The notes beneath the pieces were generated by a model. It was given only the letters and a program-made list of their open reading frames with translations. It was not told the origin of the DNA and ran no database searches. A stretch of DNA of 64,000 nt. Source: Mobula hypostoma. Lineage: Eukaryota. Below, piece after piece: positions 1 to 12,065 of this stretch. The stretch covers positions 5,270,001-5,334,000 of the forward strand of contig NC_086097.1 in NCBI RefSeq assembly GCF_963921235.1. The letters are read 5' to 3'. The position numbers were made by a program, and so were the translations under genes. Each line of letters starts with the position of its first letter. The stretch's first letter is position 1.

Positions 1-790
1 ATCTGGGTTGAACACCATCTGACACTTCTCAGCCCAGTTTTGCATCCTATCAATGTCCCTCTGTAATCTCTGACAGACCTCCACACTATCCACAACACCC
101 CCAACCTTTGTGTCATCAGCAAACTTACTAACCCATCCCTCCACTTCCTCATCCAGATCATTCCTAAAATTCACAGAAAGTAGGGGTCCCAGAACAGATC
201 CCTGAGGCACATCACTGGTCACCGGCCTCCATGCAGAATATGACCCGTCTACAACCACTCTTTGCCTTCTGTGGGCAAGCCATTTCTGGATCCACAAAGC
301 AATGTCCCCTTGGATCCCATGACTCCTTACTTTCTCAATAAGCCTTGCATGGGGTACCTTATCAAATGCTTTGCTAAAATCCATATAGACTACATCTACG
401 GCTCTACCTTCATCAATGTGTTTAGTCACATCCTCAAAAAATTCAATCTTGCTTGTAAGGCATGACCTGCCTTTGACAAAGCCATGCTGATTATTCCAAG
501 TCATATTATGCCTCTCCAAATGTTCATAAATCCAGCCTCTCAGGACCTTCTCCATCAACTTACTGAAGTAAGACTCACTGGTCTGTAATTTCCTGGGCTA
601 TCCCTACTCCCTTTCTTGAATAAAGGAACAACATCTGCAACCTTCCATTCCTCTGTAACTTCTCATGTCCTCATTGATGATGCAAAGATCATTGTCAGGG
701 GCTCAGCATATCTCCTCCCTCGCTTCCCACATAGCCTGGGGTACATCTATTCCGGTCTTGGTAACTTATCCAACTTGATGCTTTCCAAAT
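1..790 (-). mobile_element. CR1-type LINE fragment (RT region), cut by window edge
   Basis: Plus strand carries the reverse complement of CR1 RT motifs (cagatccctgaggcac = VPQGSV; tcatcagcaaactt = KFADD; atcaaatgctttgctaaaatcc = DFSKAFD). Confidence 0.85.
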
Positions 791-1922
791 ATCTTCTTCC
801 AGATAGCTTTTTTATTTCCTTTAAGCCTGTTTTAGCACCTATTTTTCACCTTAAGTATGTTTCTGGGACTGTTACAGCTCATGATTTACAGTTCGGAGAT
901 CGTTAGAGTGATCCAGCGCTTTGTTGTCTCCAAGAAGATTCCAGGAAGCAAGCACGTACTTGGACAGCCTCGATGTGAAGAAATTTTGAGATAAGTCACG
1001 AGCCAGTGTTCGAATCTGACAATTAAAGCATCGAGGAAGAATGAGACATCAAGGTGAATGGGAAGGCGAGTGAGAGTGTCAGCACTGACGGCCTGTCTTT
1101 TGATTGCTGCCGGAGAAGGATTCCGTGAGTGGCCTGTCACTATGTGGCTCACTGTGGCCGGCAGATAGGCCTCTCTCCCTTGTGTGGCGTTGCTCTCTTT
1201 TGGTGATATTGTAGGGTGGTATCGTGGTTCTGCGTTTATAGATTAGACTATTGCATTTATGAATCATGGACTTCTTTCAGACTTATGGTTTTTATATTCT
1301 GTTTCTTTATCACCCGTTCCTTTTCCATTTTGTTGTGCGAGGGGAAGGTGTTTGGATGTTGACGTTCTGCAATGTTCTGTTAGCTTTTTTGTGTGGGGGC
1401 GAGGGCTTGGTTTTTGAGATTGGTGTTCCCATTCTATTTTGTGTGTGGGGAGGGGTATTTGGGGGGGTTGATGATCGGTATGCCTTTTTTTTGTATGTGG
1501 GAGGGTTGGCTTGACGTTTCTCTCTGAATGACTTTCTTTCTTTTCAAATCTTTTTATTAAATAAGTATACAAAAGGTAAGCCATATAGGCACTAATACAC
1601 TGTTAGAATATAATAAAATTATAGGAGATATTAAAACAGAAAAGAAATGATACAAACAATGTAATTTAAACATAAAATAATAAGGTAACATAATGGTATA
1701 CTAATTTATATATATATATATATATCAATAGAAAAAGGAACCCCCCCCCAAAAAAAACCACCGTGCAACTAAACTAAAAGCAAGGCAAAGCAATGGGCTA
1801 TCTTGGAAACAAGTAGAGTTAAAAGACTTAAAATCACGTCCTCAAACCCGACCTCCATTAAAAACAGTAGAAAAAAACAAGAAGGGAATATAAATATGGA
1901 GCAAAAAGGGGAAGAAAAAAAA

Positions 1923-4900
1923 TTACATTAAATGAAAATATTGAACAAAAGATCTCCAGGTCTGTTCAAATTTAAATGAGGAGTCATAAAGATTGCTTCT
2001 AATTTTCTCCAAATTCAAGCATAATATTGTCTGAGAAAACCAAAAAAAGGTAGTCGGAGCATTAAGCTCTTTCCAATGTTGTAAGATACATCTTTTCGCC
2101 ATTAAAGTAAGAAATGCAATCATTCTATGGGCTGAAGGAGACAGATTACTGGAAGTTTTAGGTAATCCAAAGATAGCAGTAATAGGGTGAGGAGAGATAT
2201 CTATATTCAATACCTTTGAGATAATAAAAATGTCTCTCCAAAAAGTTTCCAGAGTAGGACAAGACCAAAACATATGAGTTAGAGAGGCTATCTGCCCTGG
2301 ACATCTATCACAAAAAGGATTAATATGAGAATAAAAACAAGCTAATTTATCTTTGGACATAAGTGCTCTATGAACAACTTTAAATTGAATTAGGGAATGT
2401 TTAGCACAGATAGAGGAAGTATTGACTAATCGTAAAATCTGCCCCCAGTCATCCACGGAAATGATAAACCCCAATTCCTGTTCCCAATCTACCCTAATCT
2501 TATCAAATGGAGCTTTCCTAAGTTTCATAATAATATTATAAATCATAGCTGATGCACCTTTCTGACATGGATTAAGGTTAATTATAATATCTAAAATATA
2601 TGTAGGAGGAAGCATTGGAAAGGAAGAAAGTATAGTACTTAGGAAATTCCTAACTTGTAGATATCTAAAAAAATGTATTCTTGATAAATTATATTTATTA
2701 GATAATTGTTCAAAAGACATAAGGGAACCATCTAAAAATAAATCCCAAAACCGTGAAATACCCTTAGTCTTCCAAATTTGAAAAGCACGATCCGTGAAAG
2801 AGGTGGGAAAAATATGTTACCTAAAATAAGAATCGCTAGCCCAAATTGGTTAAGATCAAAAAATTTTCTGAATTGAAACCAAATACGTAAGGTATATTTA
2901 ACTATTGGGTTCGAGACCTGTTTGAGGCGTTTCAAATCAAAAGGAAGAGACAAACCTAAAATAGAGCCAAGGGTATAGCCCTGAACAGATTGTAGTTCCA
3001 ATACTACCCATTTAGGAATGGATAGTATATCCTGGTCAAGTAACCAAAATTTCATATGTTGAATATTAATTGCCCAATAATAGAATCTAAAGTTAGGTAA
3101 TGCTAAACCTCCATCTCTCTTAGCTTTCTGTAAATGTATTTTACCCAATCTCGGGTTTTTATTTTGCCAAATAAATGAAGAAATTTTTGAGTCAACTTTA
3201 TCAAAAAAGGATTTTGAAACAAAAATCGGTAATGCCTGAAATATATATAAAAATTTTGGCAAAAAAAACATCTTAACTGCATTAATACGACCAATCAAAA
3301 TTAAATATAATGGAAACCATTTAGATGAAAGTTGAGTAATATGGTCAATTAAGGGTAAAAAAAATTAATCTTAAATAAATCTTTGTGCTTACAAGTAACT
3401 TTAATCCCAAGATATGAAAAATAATTATTAATCAATTTAAACAGAAAGTTGTGATATAAGGGAAGTTGTTTATTAATCGGGAAAAGTTCACTTTTACTAA
3501 GATTTAATTTATAACCTGAAAAAAGACTAAATTGTGCTAATAACTCTAAAACAGCAGGGATGGATTCTTGAGGATTAGAAATATATAAAAGTAAGTCATC
3601 AGCATAGAGTGATATTTTATGGGACTTTAAGCCCCGAGTTATCCCAGTAATATTTGGAGATTCTTGAATGGCAATTGCAAGAGGTTCTAATGCAATATCA
3701 AATAATAAAGGACTAAGAGGACAGCCTTGTCGAGTACCTCGAAAAAGAGGGAAAAAAGGTGAGCTTAAAGAGTTAGTACGGACCGAGGTTACAGGAGAAT
3801 GATATAACAGTTTGATCCAGGATATAAATTTCAAGCTAAAATTAAACATTTCAAGCACTTTAAATGAGTAAGGCCATTCTACTCTATCAAAAGCTTTCTC
3901 AGCATCTAAAGAGAATTTTTAGGAAAATTTTGTGAGGGGGTATAAACAATATTTAACAGTGTACGTATGTTATAGAAAGAGTAACGACCTTTAATAAAAC
4001 CCGTTTGGTCTTCCGAATTAATAAAAGGAAGTACTTTTTCTAATCTGTTTGCTAATAATTTAGAAAAAATTTTAGAATCAACATTTAATAAAGATATTAG
4101 TCTATAAGATGCACATTGAGCAGGATCTTTATCCTTCTTTAATATTAGAGAGATTGACGCTCTATTGAAAGATTTGGGAAGTTTACTCAGTTTTAATGAA
4201 GCCTCGAAAACCCTACAGAACCACGGGATTAATGAAGATGCAAAACATTTATAAAATTCTGCGGTAAACCCATCAGGGCCAACAGTTTGCCAATTTTATC
4301 ACTGTGTACATAAAATTCACTTCTTGTTTTCCTTAATTGGTTTACAATCGAGGATGAAAGTAATAAACTGTGTTCCATTTGAAGTTCAGTTTTTTGTTTA
4401 TATAACTCCTCAGAGGGAGCTATAACATATTTCTTATCAATTTCCTTAATCTTGTCCACAATTACCAACTCCTCCTGCTTCAGCTTCTTCCCCAAAGCAG
4501 CAGAATATGAGATAATCTGACCACGAATATAAGCTTTAAAAGTATCCCAAAAAGAATGTTCACAGAAATATCCTCTGTATAGTTAATTGTAAAAAAAAGA
4601 TCAATCTGTTCATTCATAAAGTTAACAAAGTCCGAGTCCGAGAATGGCGAATTAAAACACCATTGTCTATTATTTTGTGTATTAGCCTGAATTTTAATAG
4701 GAAGCTTAAGTGGAGCATGATCTGAAATGGTTATAGAGTCATAATCACATTTAATCACTGAAAAAATAAGACGAGAGTCAATAAAGAAATAATCAATTCT
4801 TGAATAGGAATGGTGAACATGTGAAAAAAAGGAAAAATCTTTTTCCTGAGGATGCAAAAAACGCCAAATGTCCATCCACCCAGAATCAGAGAGGAATGAA

Positions 4901-5406
4901 TTAATCAAAGTTGCAGATTTATTAGGTAAGGACCGTAGAGGAGCCGAACGGTCCAAAGCTGGAGATAAACAGGTATTAAGATCTCCGCCCCAGATCAATG
5001 AAAACTCATTCAAATTCGGGAACTGATTGAATAATGATTTATAAAATTCCGGACAATCCATATTGGGAGCATAAACATTAACCAAAACTACCTTTTTATT
5101 AAATAGTAAACCACTAACCAGTAGAAATCTACCATTCGGATCAGAGATAATATCATGTTGTATAAAAGTAACTGAGGAGTCTATAAAAATAGAGACGCCT
5201 TGAATCTTAGCATTAGAGTTCGAATGAAACTGTTGATCCTTCCAGAATTTAAAAAAACATAGTCTATCCCCCCTCCGCACATGGGTCTTTTGTAAAAATA
5301 GAATTTGTGCTTTAAGTCTCCGGAACACTTTAAAAACTTTTTTCCTTTTAATAGGATGGTTAAGACCATTAGTATTCCAGGAGACAAAATTAATAATAGA
5401 CTCCAT
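1923..5406 (-). pseudogene. L1 ORF2p (APE endonuclease, RT, C-terminal Cys-rich domain), multiple frameshifts
   Basis: SWNTNGLN, GGDLNT, SRIDYFF, SDHAP (EN); GTRQGCPLSPLLF, LYADDLL (RT); CDRC...HMFWSC (zf-RVT). Confidence 0.95.
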
Positions 5407-6113
5407 AAACCCTAAAGTCAACCCGCAAAAAGGAGGATTGACGATAGGCTCGACCCACGAACCCGGAAAGGGAACAGAACAAGCAAGAGATACTGGGAAG
5501 GAGAACGCAACCAATACTTCAATAGTGTAAATAGCCGAAGAAGAAAAAAACTAAAACGTGAAGCCCCTCCCACCACCCCCCCACCCCATGACTCCAAGGC
5601 TAGATCTAAAACAGACCAGCCGGAAAGAAGCAAGCACTAAAACTACCCCCATGACTTCCGATAGACGCTCACTAAAAAAAAGTGTAAATATAAAAAAGAT
5701 CAGCAAATTATAAAACAGTAAAAGAATAAAAAAAGTAAATCAATTAAAACAAACACTTAATATAACAGAGTAAAAGCCAGAAAATATAAAAAAACTGCAA
5801 CAAACCCCAGACCCTATGAATAAACAAAAAAAAGAAATGAAATTATTAACATAAACTAGTTATAAAAACCTACAAAAAAGGTAAATTTAAAAACTACAAA
5901 ATTTAAGGCCTCAAAGGAAATAAATAGAATGACGCTGAGGACATAACCACCCAGAATCCCCTGGGAAAAAGAAAGGAATGATGCAGATAGAAAGAAAGTT
6001 TAGCAACCATATTAATGAAGCAAAAATAAACTTTTCTGCCCATATAAGGCAAAAAAAATTAAGGCCGACAGATTCACAACCTCCGATCAAACGGAGATAG
6101 TTAAAAATTATGA

Positions 6114-6958
6114 TTAAGATGTTGAAGGTGAAAATTGATCCAGATAGCTCTGGGCATCCGATGGAGATTCAAAAAAACGGAGGGCTCCATCCAACGTATG
6201 AATCCTTAGACGTGCTGGGTAAAGCAGCGCTGGTTTTAAATCCATCTTGCAGAGTTCCGACATCACAGATCTGTAACGAACCCGTTGATCCCGAATTGGT
6301 TTACTGAAATCCTCCACAAATCGGAAATTAAGATCCGAAAGATCAATGTAACCTTTAGATCGAACGAATCGAAACAGTTTCTCCTTGTCTTGAAAGTAAT
6401 GAAAACGCAAGATGACATGTCGAGGTTTATCTGACTTAGACGAGTATGATGGAACTCTGTGAACACAATCCAATAACGGTGGTTGGTCAAGAAATACAGT
6501 AGGAAATGCATCTTTTAAAAGTTGAGAAAAATACTTCATAGGGTTGTCAGATTCCATAGCTTCACGCACACCAATCATTCGAAGATTCTGCTGTCGCATT
6601 CTGGATTCTAAGTCAGAGTTTTAAAGGTCAGAAAGTCAAGTTTTTTCTTCATTATAGTAATTGTTTCTTCAATTTTCCCAATCTTGAGTTCATTTTGTTG
6701 CGTGGATTTTTGAAGATTAGATATAGCCGACTGATGTTCCGTAATAGATAATTGTATTTTATCGATTGAATCGGCAATTTTCTGGAAATTAGTTGAAATT
6801 TCCGAACGAATCAGTTCCGTAATAGAGGTTGAAATTTCCCTTTGAATTAGATCCAATATAGCTTTCAAAGTCACCGGTGGTTCAGTCGGAGGAAGATCGG
6901 TACCTTTCGGTCTAACCGGAGGTTTGCCGTCTTTCCCATTTTTTCCATTCTTAGACAT
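6114..6958 (-). pseudogene. L1 ORF1p (coiled coil + RRM/CTD, Transposase_22-like), frameshifted near 6600
   Basis: MSKNGKNGK...coiled coil; RQQNLRMIGVRE; HRV...KPRHVILRFHYFQDKE; EDFSK; LLYPARLRI. Confidence 0.9.
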
Positions 6959-7659
6959 AACAGACCTTAAAAACATCCGATTATCGAAGAGCCCAGTTTG
7001 TTTCAAAGTATTGTAAAAGTCGATGCCTTAATGGTTAGTTAAAATATAGCTGATCATAAGAAAAAAAACTCAGAAGTAATGGAGCGAGTCAAGAACACGA
7101 CTTCACTGCATGAGCTCTACTGGAAGTCCCCGAATGACTTTCATGTTCTTTCTTTGTTTTACAGCTATCTGGAGAATACAAATTTCAGATTATATGTATC
7201 TGTAGTTTGATAATAAATGAATCTTTGAACTTTTGAACGTTTTATGCATTGTGACTGACTTTGAGACTGGTGTGGATGCTAAGTAACCTCTTCCCTGATG
7301 GGAGTGGGACAAACAGCCTGTGAACAGGGTATGTGGGATCCTTCATGATATTACTGTCATCATAGGGATTGGGATGAAAGGAAAACATTGGTATTCTTCT
7401 CCAAAAACTGCTTTAACTTGTCTGGCTACATTGGGGCAAACTTTCCCCTCAAATGCCATCAATGTGCGTGAGGTGCATAGTGCTGAGTGCAATGCACCTC
7501 CAAAACCTTGGAAGATATTGCGCCTTAGAAGATGGCAACCCAGAGCAAGGACATGGCAGTTTGTACTTCCTGGCTAAGGTGATTCATTCTCTTCACTCTA
7601 GCTGGATGAGCTTTCGGATACCTGAGATGATTGCAGACCCCGTTGCTCAAGTTGACCAT

Positions 7660-7925
7660 TGAACAGGAAAGAATACAGCACACTGCAGGTCCTTTGGCCC
7701 ATGGTATTATGCCAACCTTTAAACCTACTCTAAGATCAATCTATCCCTTCTCTCCTACAGAACCTCCCATTTTCCTCACTTCCATGTGCCTATCTAAGCA
7801 TCTCTTAAATGTCCCGAATATATCTGCCACCACTGCTACCCTTGGCAACACATTCCATGCACCCACAACTAACTCTGACATCCCCCCTGTACTTTCCTCC
7901 AATCACCTCAGAATATGCTCCCTCT
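7660..7925 (-). mobile_element. CR1 3' end fragment
   Basis: Resembles other CR1 3' tails in the window (ggcaacacattccatgcacccac). Confidence 0.6.
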
Positions 7926-10420
7926 TATTACAAAGAGTTCAAGGATTGCAGGTGGGAAGACTCTAGCTGAGGATTGTTTGTTGATGAAATATATTTTTGC
8001 AATAAGAGATTATATAAGCAACATCTATCATGCTGCCCCAGAAGCCGAGCTGCCTTTGTGTGTGTGTATGTTATCTGCAGGAAGGGACAGGGCAGAATTT
8101 CCCAAAACATGTAGGAGGTACCCCTTTATGTTTAGCATTCAGTTTGTAGATCAAGTGTTACTGGAAAGACATGGATGATTTGAAATTATATGCTCCTTCT
8201 TCAGTAAAGCTAAAGCCATTAATACAAATAATAGAACTCCTTTCTAAAGATACAAACAGGAACTTTGGACTGGATAAATTCAGAACATTAAAGATAAAGA
8301 AAGGTGCAATAGAGCTAGGAGAATACAGAGCAGCAGGATACAATACAACCGATGGATGAATATGAAACATATTAGTATCTGAGATATCAACAGGCAAAGA
8401 AAATAGATCAGACTGTGAGAAAGAGGAATCTTTAAACAGAATTTACTTCAAAGCTCTGCCAAATAGAGCTCAGTGGTGAAAATGTAACAAGGGCAATAAA
8501 CACTTCTGCAATATACATATTAAAGTATTCTATTGGTATAACATCTTGGTCCAAAACCAATCTGGAAAATTTACAAAGAACAGCAAGAAATGAAACAAAT
8601 TTCAGAAAACATTATTGACACCACCTAGGAGAGAAGGGGAAGAAGAATAACAGACATTAAAAATCTATGCAAATGTTAGATAAACTTTTAAGGATATATC
8701 GTCATCAATGAAGACAGGACTCAGCACTCCATGCAAGCATATGCAATTCTGATAAGAATTACACACCACTGAACTTAAATGATAGCACAACCCAGAAAAA
8801 TGAAGAAATTATCACTGGAGAATTAGTTAACCAGTGGAAGAGCATGATCCTCAATGGAAGACATCCCTGCAATCTGAACAGACTAGATGTTGAGAATCAA
8901 GAGTTGGAGATTTCATCCCAGAAACAGAAGGATTCCTTGTAGCAATACAGAACCAAGTGATTAACACAAAAAATGATCAAAAGTACATAATAAAACACCT
9001 ACAAATTCAAGACGGTAAATGCAGAAAATGCCAAGTGAATCCAGAAACAATCTAACAGATTACAGGATCCTGCAGCAGTTTAACTCAGTCTGATTACTTA
9101 CACAGGCATAATCAAGTGGCAAACATCATTCACCAAAATATTGCTTTAAAGTACAAATTCATAAAAGAACCATTCCTTTCTATAAATACAAGCCTGATCC
9201 AGTGTTAGAGTCAGAATCCCACAAGTTATATTATGAACAATCTGTTATTACAGACATGACCGTCCATAATAACCATCTGGATATAATAATACAGGATAAA
9301 CAAACATGAACAACTTATTTGATAGATATAGCCATTCCAAACTCACAAAACATACAGAAATGAAACCTCTGCAGATCGCGTATCGTCCCAACCGCTCAAC
9401 AGATGACACCATCGCCACCACCCGCCACCTGGCCCTCACCCACCTGGACAAAAAAGATACGTACGTTCAAATGCTGTTCATAGATTTCAGTTCAGCATTC
9501 AACACAATCATTCCTCAGAAACTGATTGGAAAGCTGAGCCTACTGGGCCTGAACGCCTCCCTCTGCAATGGGATCCTAGACATCCTGACTGGGAGACCTC
9601 AGTCAGTCTGGATTGGAAGCAGCATCTCCAACACCATCACACTGAGCATGGGCCCCCCCCCCCCAGGGCTGTGTGCTCAGTCCACTGCTGTTCACTCTGC
9701 TGACCCATGACTGTTCTGCAACACACAGCTCGAACCACATCATCAAGTTCGCCGATGACATGACTGTGGTGGGTCTCATCAGCAAGAACGATGAGTCAGC
9801 ATACAGAGAGGAGGTGCAGCGACTAACGGACTGGTGCAGAGCCAACAACCTGTCTCTGAATGTGAACAAAACAAAAGAGATGGTTGTTGACTTCAAGAAA
9901 GCATGGTGCAACCACTCTCTGCTGAACATTGACGGCTCCTCCATTGAGATCATTAAGAGCATCAAATTTCTTGGTGTTCACCTGACAGAGATTGTCACCT
10001 GGTCTCTCAACACCAGCTCCATAGCCAAGGAAGCACAGCAGCGTCTCTACTTTCTGCGAAGGCTGAGAAAAGTCCATCTCCCTCCCCCCATCCTCACCAC
10101 ATTCTACAGAGGATGTATCGAGAGCATCCTGAGCAGCTGCATCACTGCCTGGTTCAGAAATTGCACCATCTCGGATCGCAAGACCCTGCAGTGGATAGTG
10201 AGGTCAGCTGAGAAGATCATTGGGGTCTCCCTTCTCGCCATTACAGACATTTACACCACACACTGCACCCACAAAGCTAACAATATTGTGAAGGACCCCT
10301 CTCACCCCTCATACAAACTCTTCTCCCTCCTGCCATCTGGCAAAAGGTACTGAAGCACTCAGGCTCTCATGACCAGACTGTGCAACAGGTTCTTTCTCCA
10401 AGCCATCAGACTCCTTAATA

Positions 10421-10487
10421 AACAACATACATCAAAGTTGCTGGTGAACGCAGCAGGCCAAGCAGCATCTATAGGAAGAGGCGCGGT
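10421..10487 (-). mobile_element. 67-bp Penelope-like terminal fragment inserted in Rex1
   Basis: Matches about 57320-57385; TSD CTTAATA at 10414-10420 and 10488-10494. Confidence 0.8.
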
Positions 10488-10604
10488 CTTAATACCCAGA
10501 GTCTAGACTGACATCTACATCATTTATTATTATATAGTAATCTGTCCTCTACTGTGCCTATTGTCTTGTTTATTAATTATTGTACTGCCCTGCACTGATT
10601 TGTG

Positions 10605-10725
10605 CACTTTATGTAGTCCTGTGTAGGTCTGTAGTCTAGTGTAGTTTTTGTGTTGTTTTACGTAGTCTAGTGTAGCCCTGTGCTGTCTCACATAGTCTAG
10701 TGTAATTTTGTGTTGTTTCATGTAG
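10605..10725 (+). repeat. Short tandem array (about 30-bp unit, gtagtctagtgtag...) in the Rex1 3' UTR
   Basis: Three imperfect copies of tagtctagtgta(g/a)...tgtg(t/c)tgt. Confidence 0.75.
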
Positions 10726-10939
10726 CACCAGGAGGAACATTGTTTCATTTTTATTGTGTACTGTACCAGCAGCTTATGGTCAAAATGACAATAAAAAGCA
10801 ACTTGACTAGACTTGAAATCAATAAAGGGAATACACCAGAAAAATGCTGAACTAAAAGAGGAAATTGAAAGATAATGGGACATGAACAAGGTATACATTG
10901 TCTCATCTTGAGCTGAAAAAACATAAATAATAACAATAA

Positions 10940-11535
10940 TGTCCTTATTGAGCATTTTTCATACAGACAATGTATTTCAAATTGCTTTACAATGGGCTAA
11001 AGTACAAACTTGTAAATAAAAGACAAAAAGATGTCAGTTAAAATTAACATTAAATCAATAGGTTTTGAGCTGGTGTTTAAAAGCGTCAGTTGAGTCCTCA
11101 TCCCTTATAGTTTTAGGTGTTGAGTTCCACAGTTTAGGAGCGTAGTTCTAAAAAGCTGACCTGCCAACTTTATTTTGAAGGAGATTGTTTAAATGTAAGA
11201 GACTGGTGGAAGAAGACCTGAGAGCTTGAGCAGGATTATAAAACAAAAGTGATTCTGTGATGCGCTCCAGTCCCAGACCATTGAGAGCTTTAAATCAAGT
11301 AAGAGAACTTTAAAATCAATTCTAAAAAATACAGGAAGCCGGAGTAGAGTAGTTAGGATGGGAGTGAAATTCTCCCTAATGTGGTTTTAGTTTCACAGTC
11401 TAGCAGCGGCAGTTTGAATGAGATGATGATTGTCGATCGATTGCTTCGGAAGGCCAGTAAAATGTGCATTGCAGTAATCTAGTCTATTCAAGATAAAGGT
11501 GTGAATAATATCACAACATTCGCAATAGGTATTCA
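10940..11535 (-). mobile_element. L2 LINE 3' fragment
   Basis: IIHTFILNRLDYCNAHFTGLP..LIQTAAARL is the typical L2 C-terminal motif. Confidence 0.85.
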
Positions 11536-11947
11536 GTATTTGAGACAATGGGAATTGACCGGATGGGTAACAAGCCGCTCTGACCTCGGGATCTTGGTGG
11601 GTCAGGTAGAACCCAGGTGTTGGCCAGTGCGTGGGACTGGAGTCCAGAATGCAAGGAAGCAACCTGCAGTGAATGCAGAAGGATTTCAGCGCTCTGAAGT
11701 TTTATGGAGAAGGCTTCACCTGGGAATGGTTGATTTGGTGACGTGGATTTCATGTTATGTCACCGTACAGTGGTGGAGAGCTTGGGTCAGAAGATGAAAG
11801 AATGTCAGAATTAGAATCACAATCAGATTTAATATCACTGACATATGTTGTGAAATACATTGTTTTGCAGCAGCTGTACAGTGCAATACATAATAATAAA
11901 AAACTATACATTACAATAGAAATATATATACACTGAACACACACATA

Positions 11948-12065
11948 CAGAACAGTTCAAAAGTCTCAGGCACATATATATAGCTAGGGTGCCTGAGACG
12001 TTTGCATAGTACCGTAGTTATTTTATGTTTTGCACTGTCCTGCTGCCGCAAAAAAAATGACATAT
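11948..12065. mobile_element. Partial copy of the hairpin-ended Tc1-type MITE
   Basis: caaaagtctcaggcac...tagctagggtgcctgagacgtttgc palindrome; homologous to the right end of 61249-61761. Confidence 0.7.

Larger units (their letters stand above)
1537..7131 (-). mobile_element. L1-clade LINE, full-length footprint, disrupted
   Basis: TSD GAATGACTTTC at 1526-1536 and 7132-7142; 5' end GGGGACTTCC; AATAAA plus A-rich 3' end; ORF1, long spacer and ORF2 present. Confidence 0.95.
790..7240 (+). mobile_element. Non-autonomous SINE-like element (about 790-1536 plus 7143-7240) split by the L1 insertion
   Basis: Sequence is continuous across the L1 TSD and ends in an aataaa...(tttgaac)n tail like other LINE/SINE tails in the window. 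Confidence 0.5.
9362..10814 (+). mobile_element. Rex1/Babar LINE, 5'-truncated
   Basis: [51 protein letters not shown]; tail aatgacaataaaa; possible TSD GAAAT at 9357-9361 and 10815-10819. Confidence 0.92.
8165..10910 (+). mobile_element. R4/Dong(Rex6)-like non-LTR retrotransposon fragment (8165-9361 and 10815-10910), split by a Rex1 insertion
   Basis: MDDLKLYA RT motif; FGLDK; CRKCQVNPETI..ITGSCSSL..YLHRHNQVA zinc-knuckle region; [15 protein letters not shown] and then ELKEEIER.W restriction-like endonuclease motifs. Confidence 0.85.

Noticed and set aside
10605..10725. CRISPR-like repeat array
   Set aside because: Tandem units without unique spacers, inside a LINE 3' UTR of a vertebrate genome
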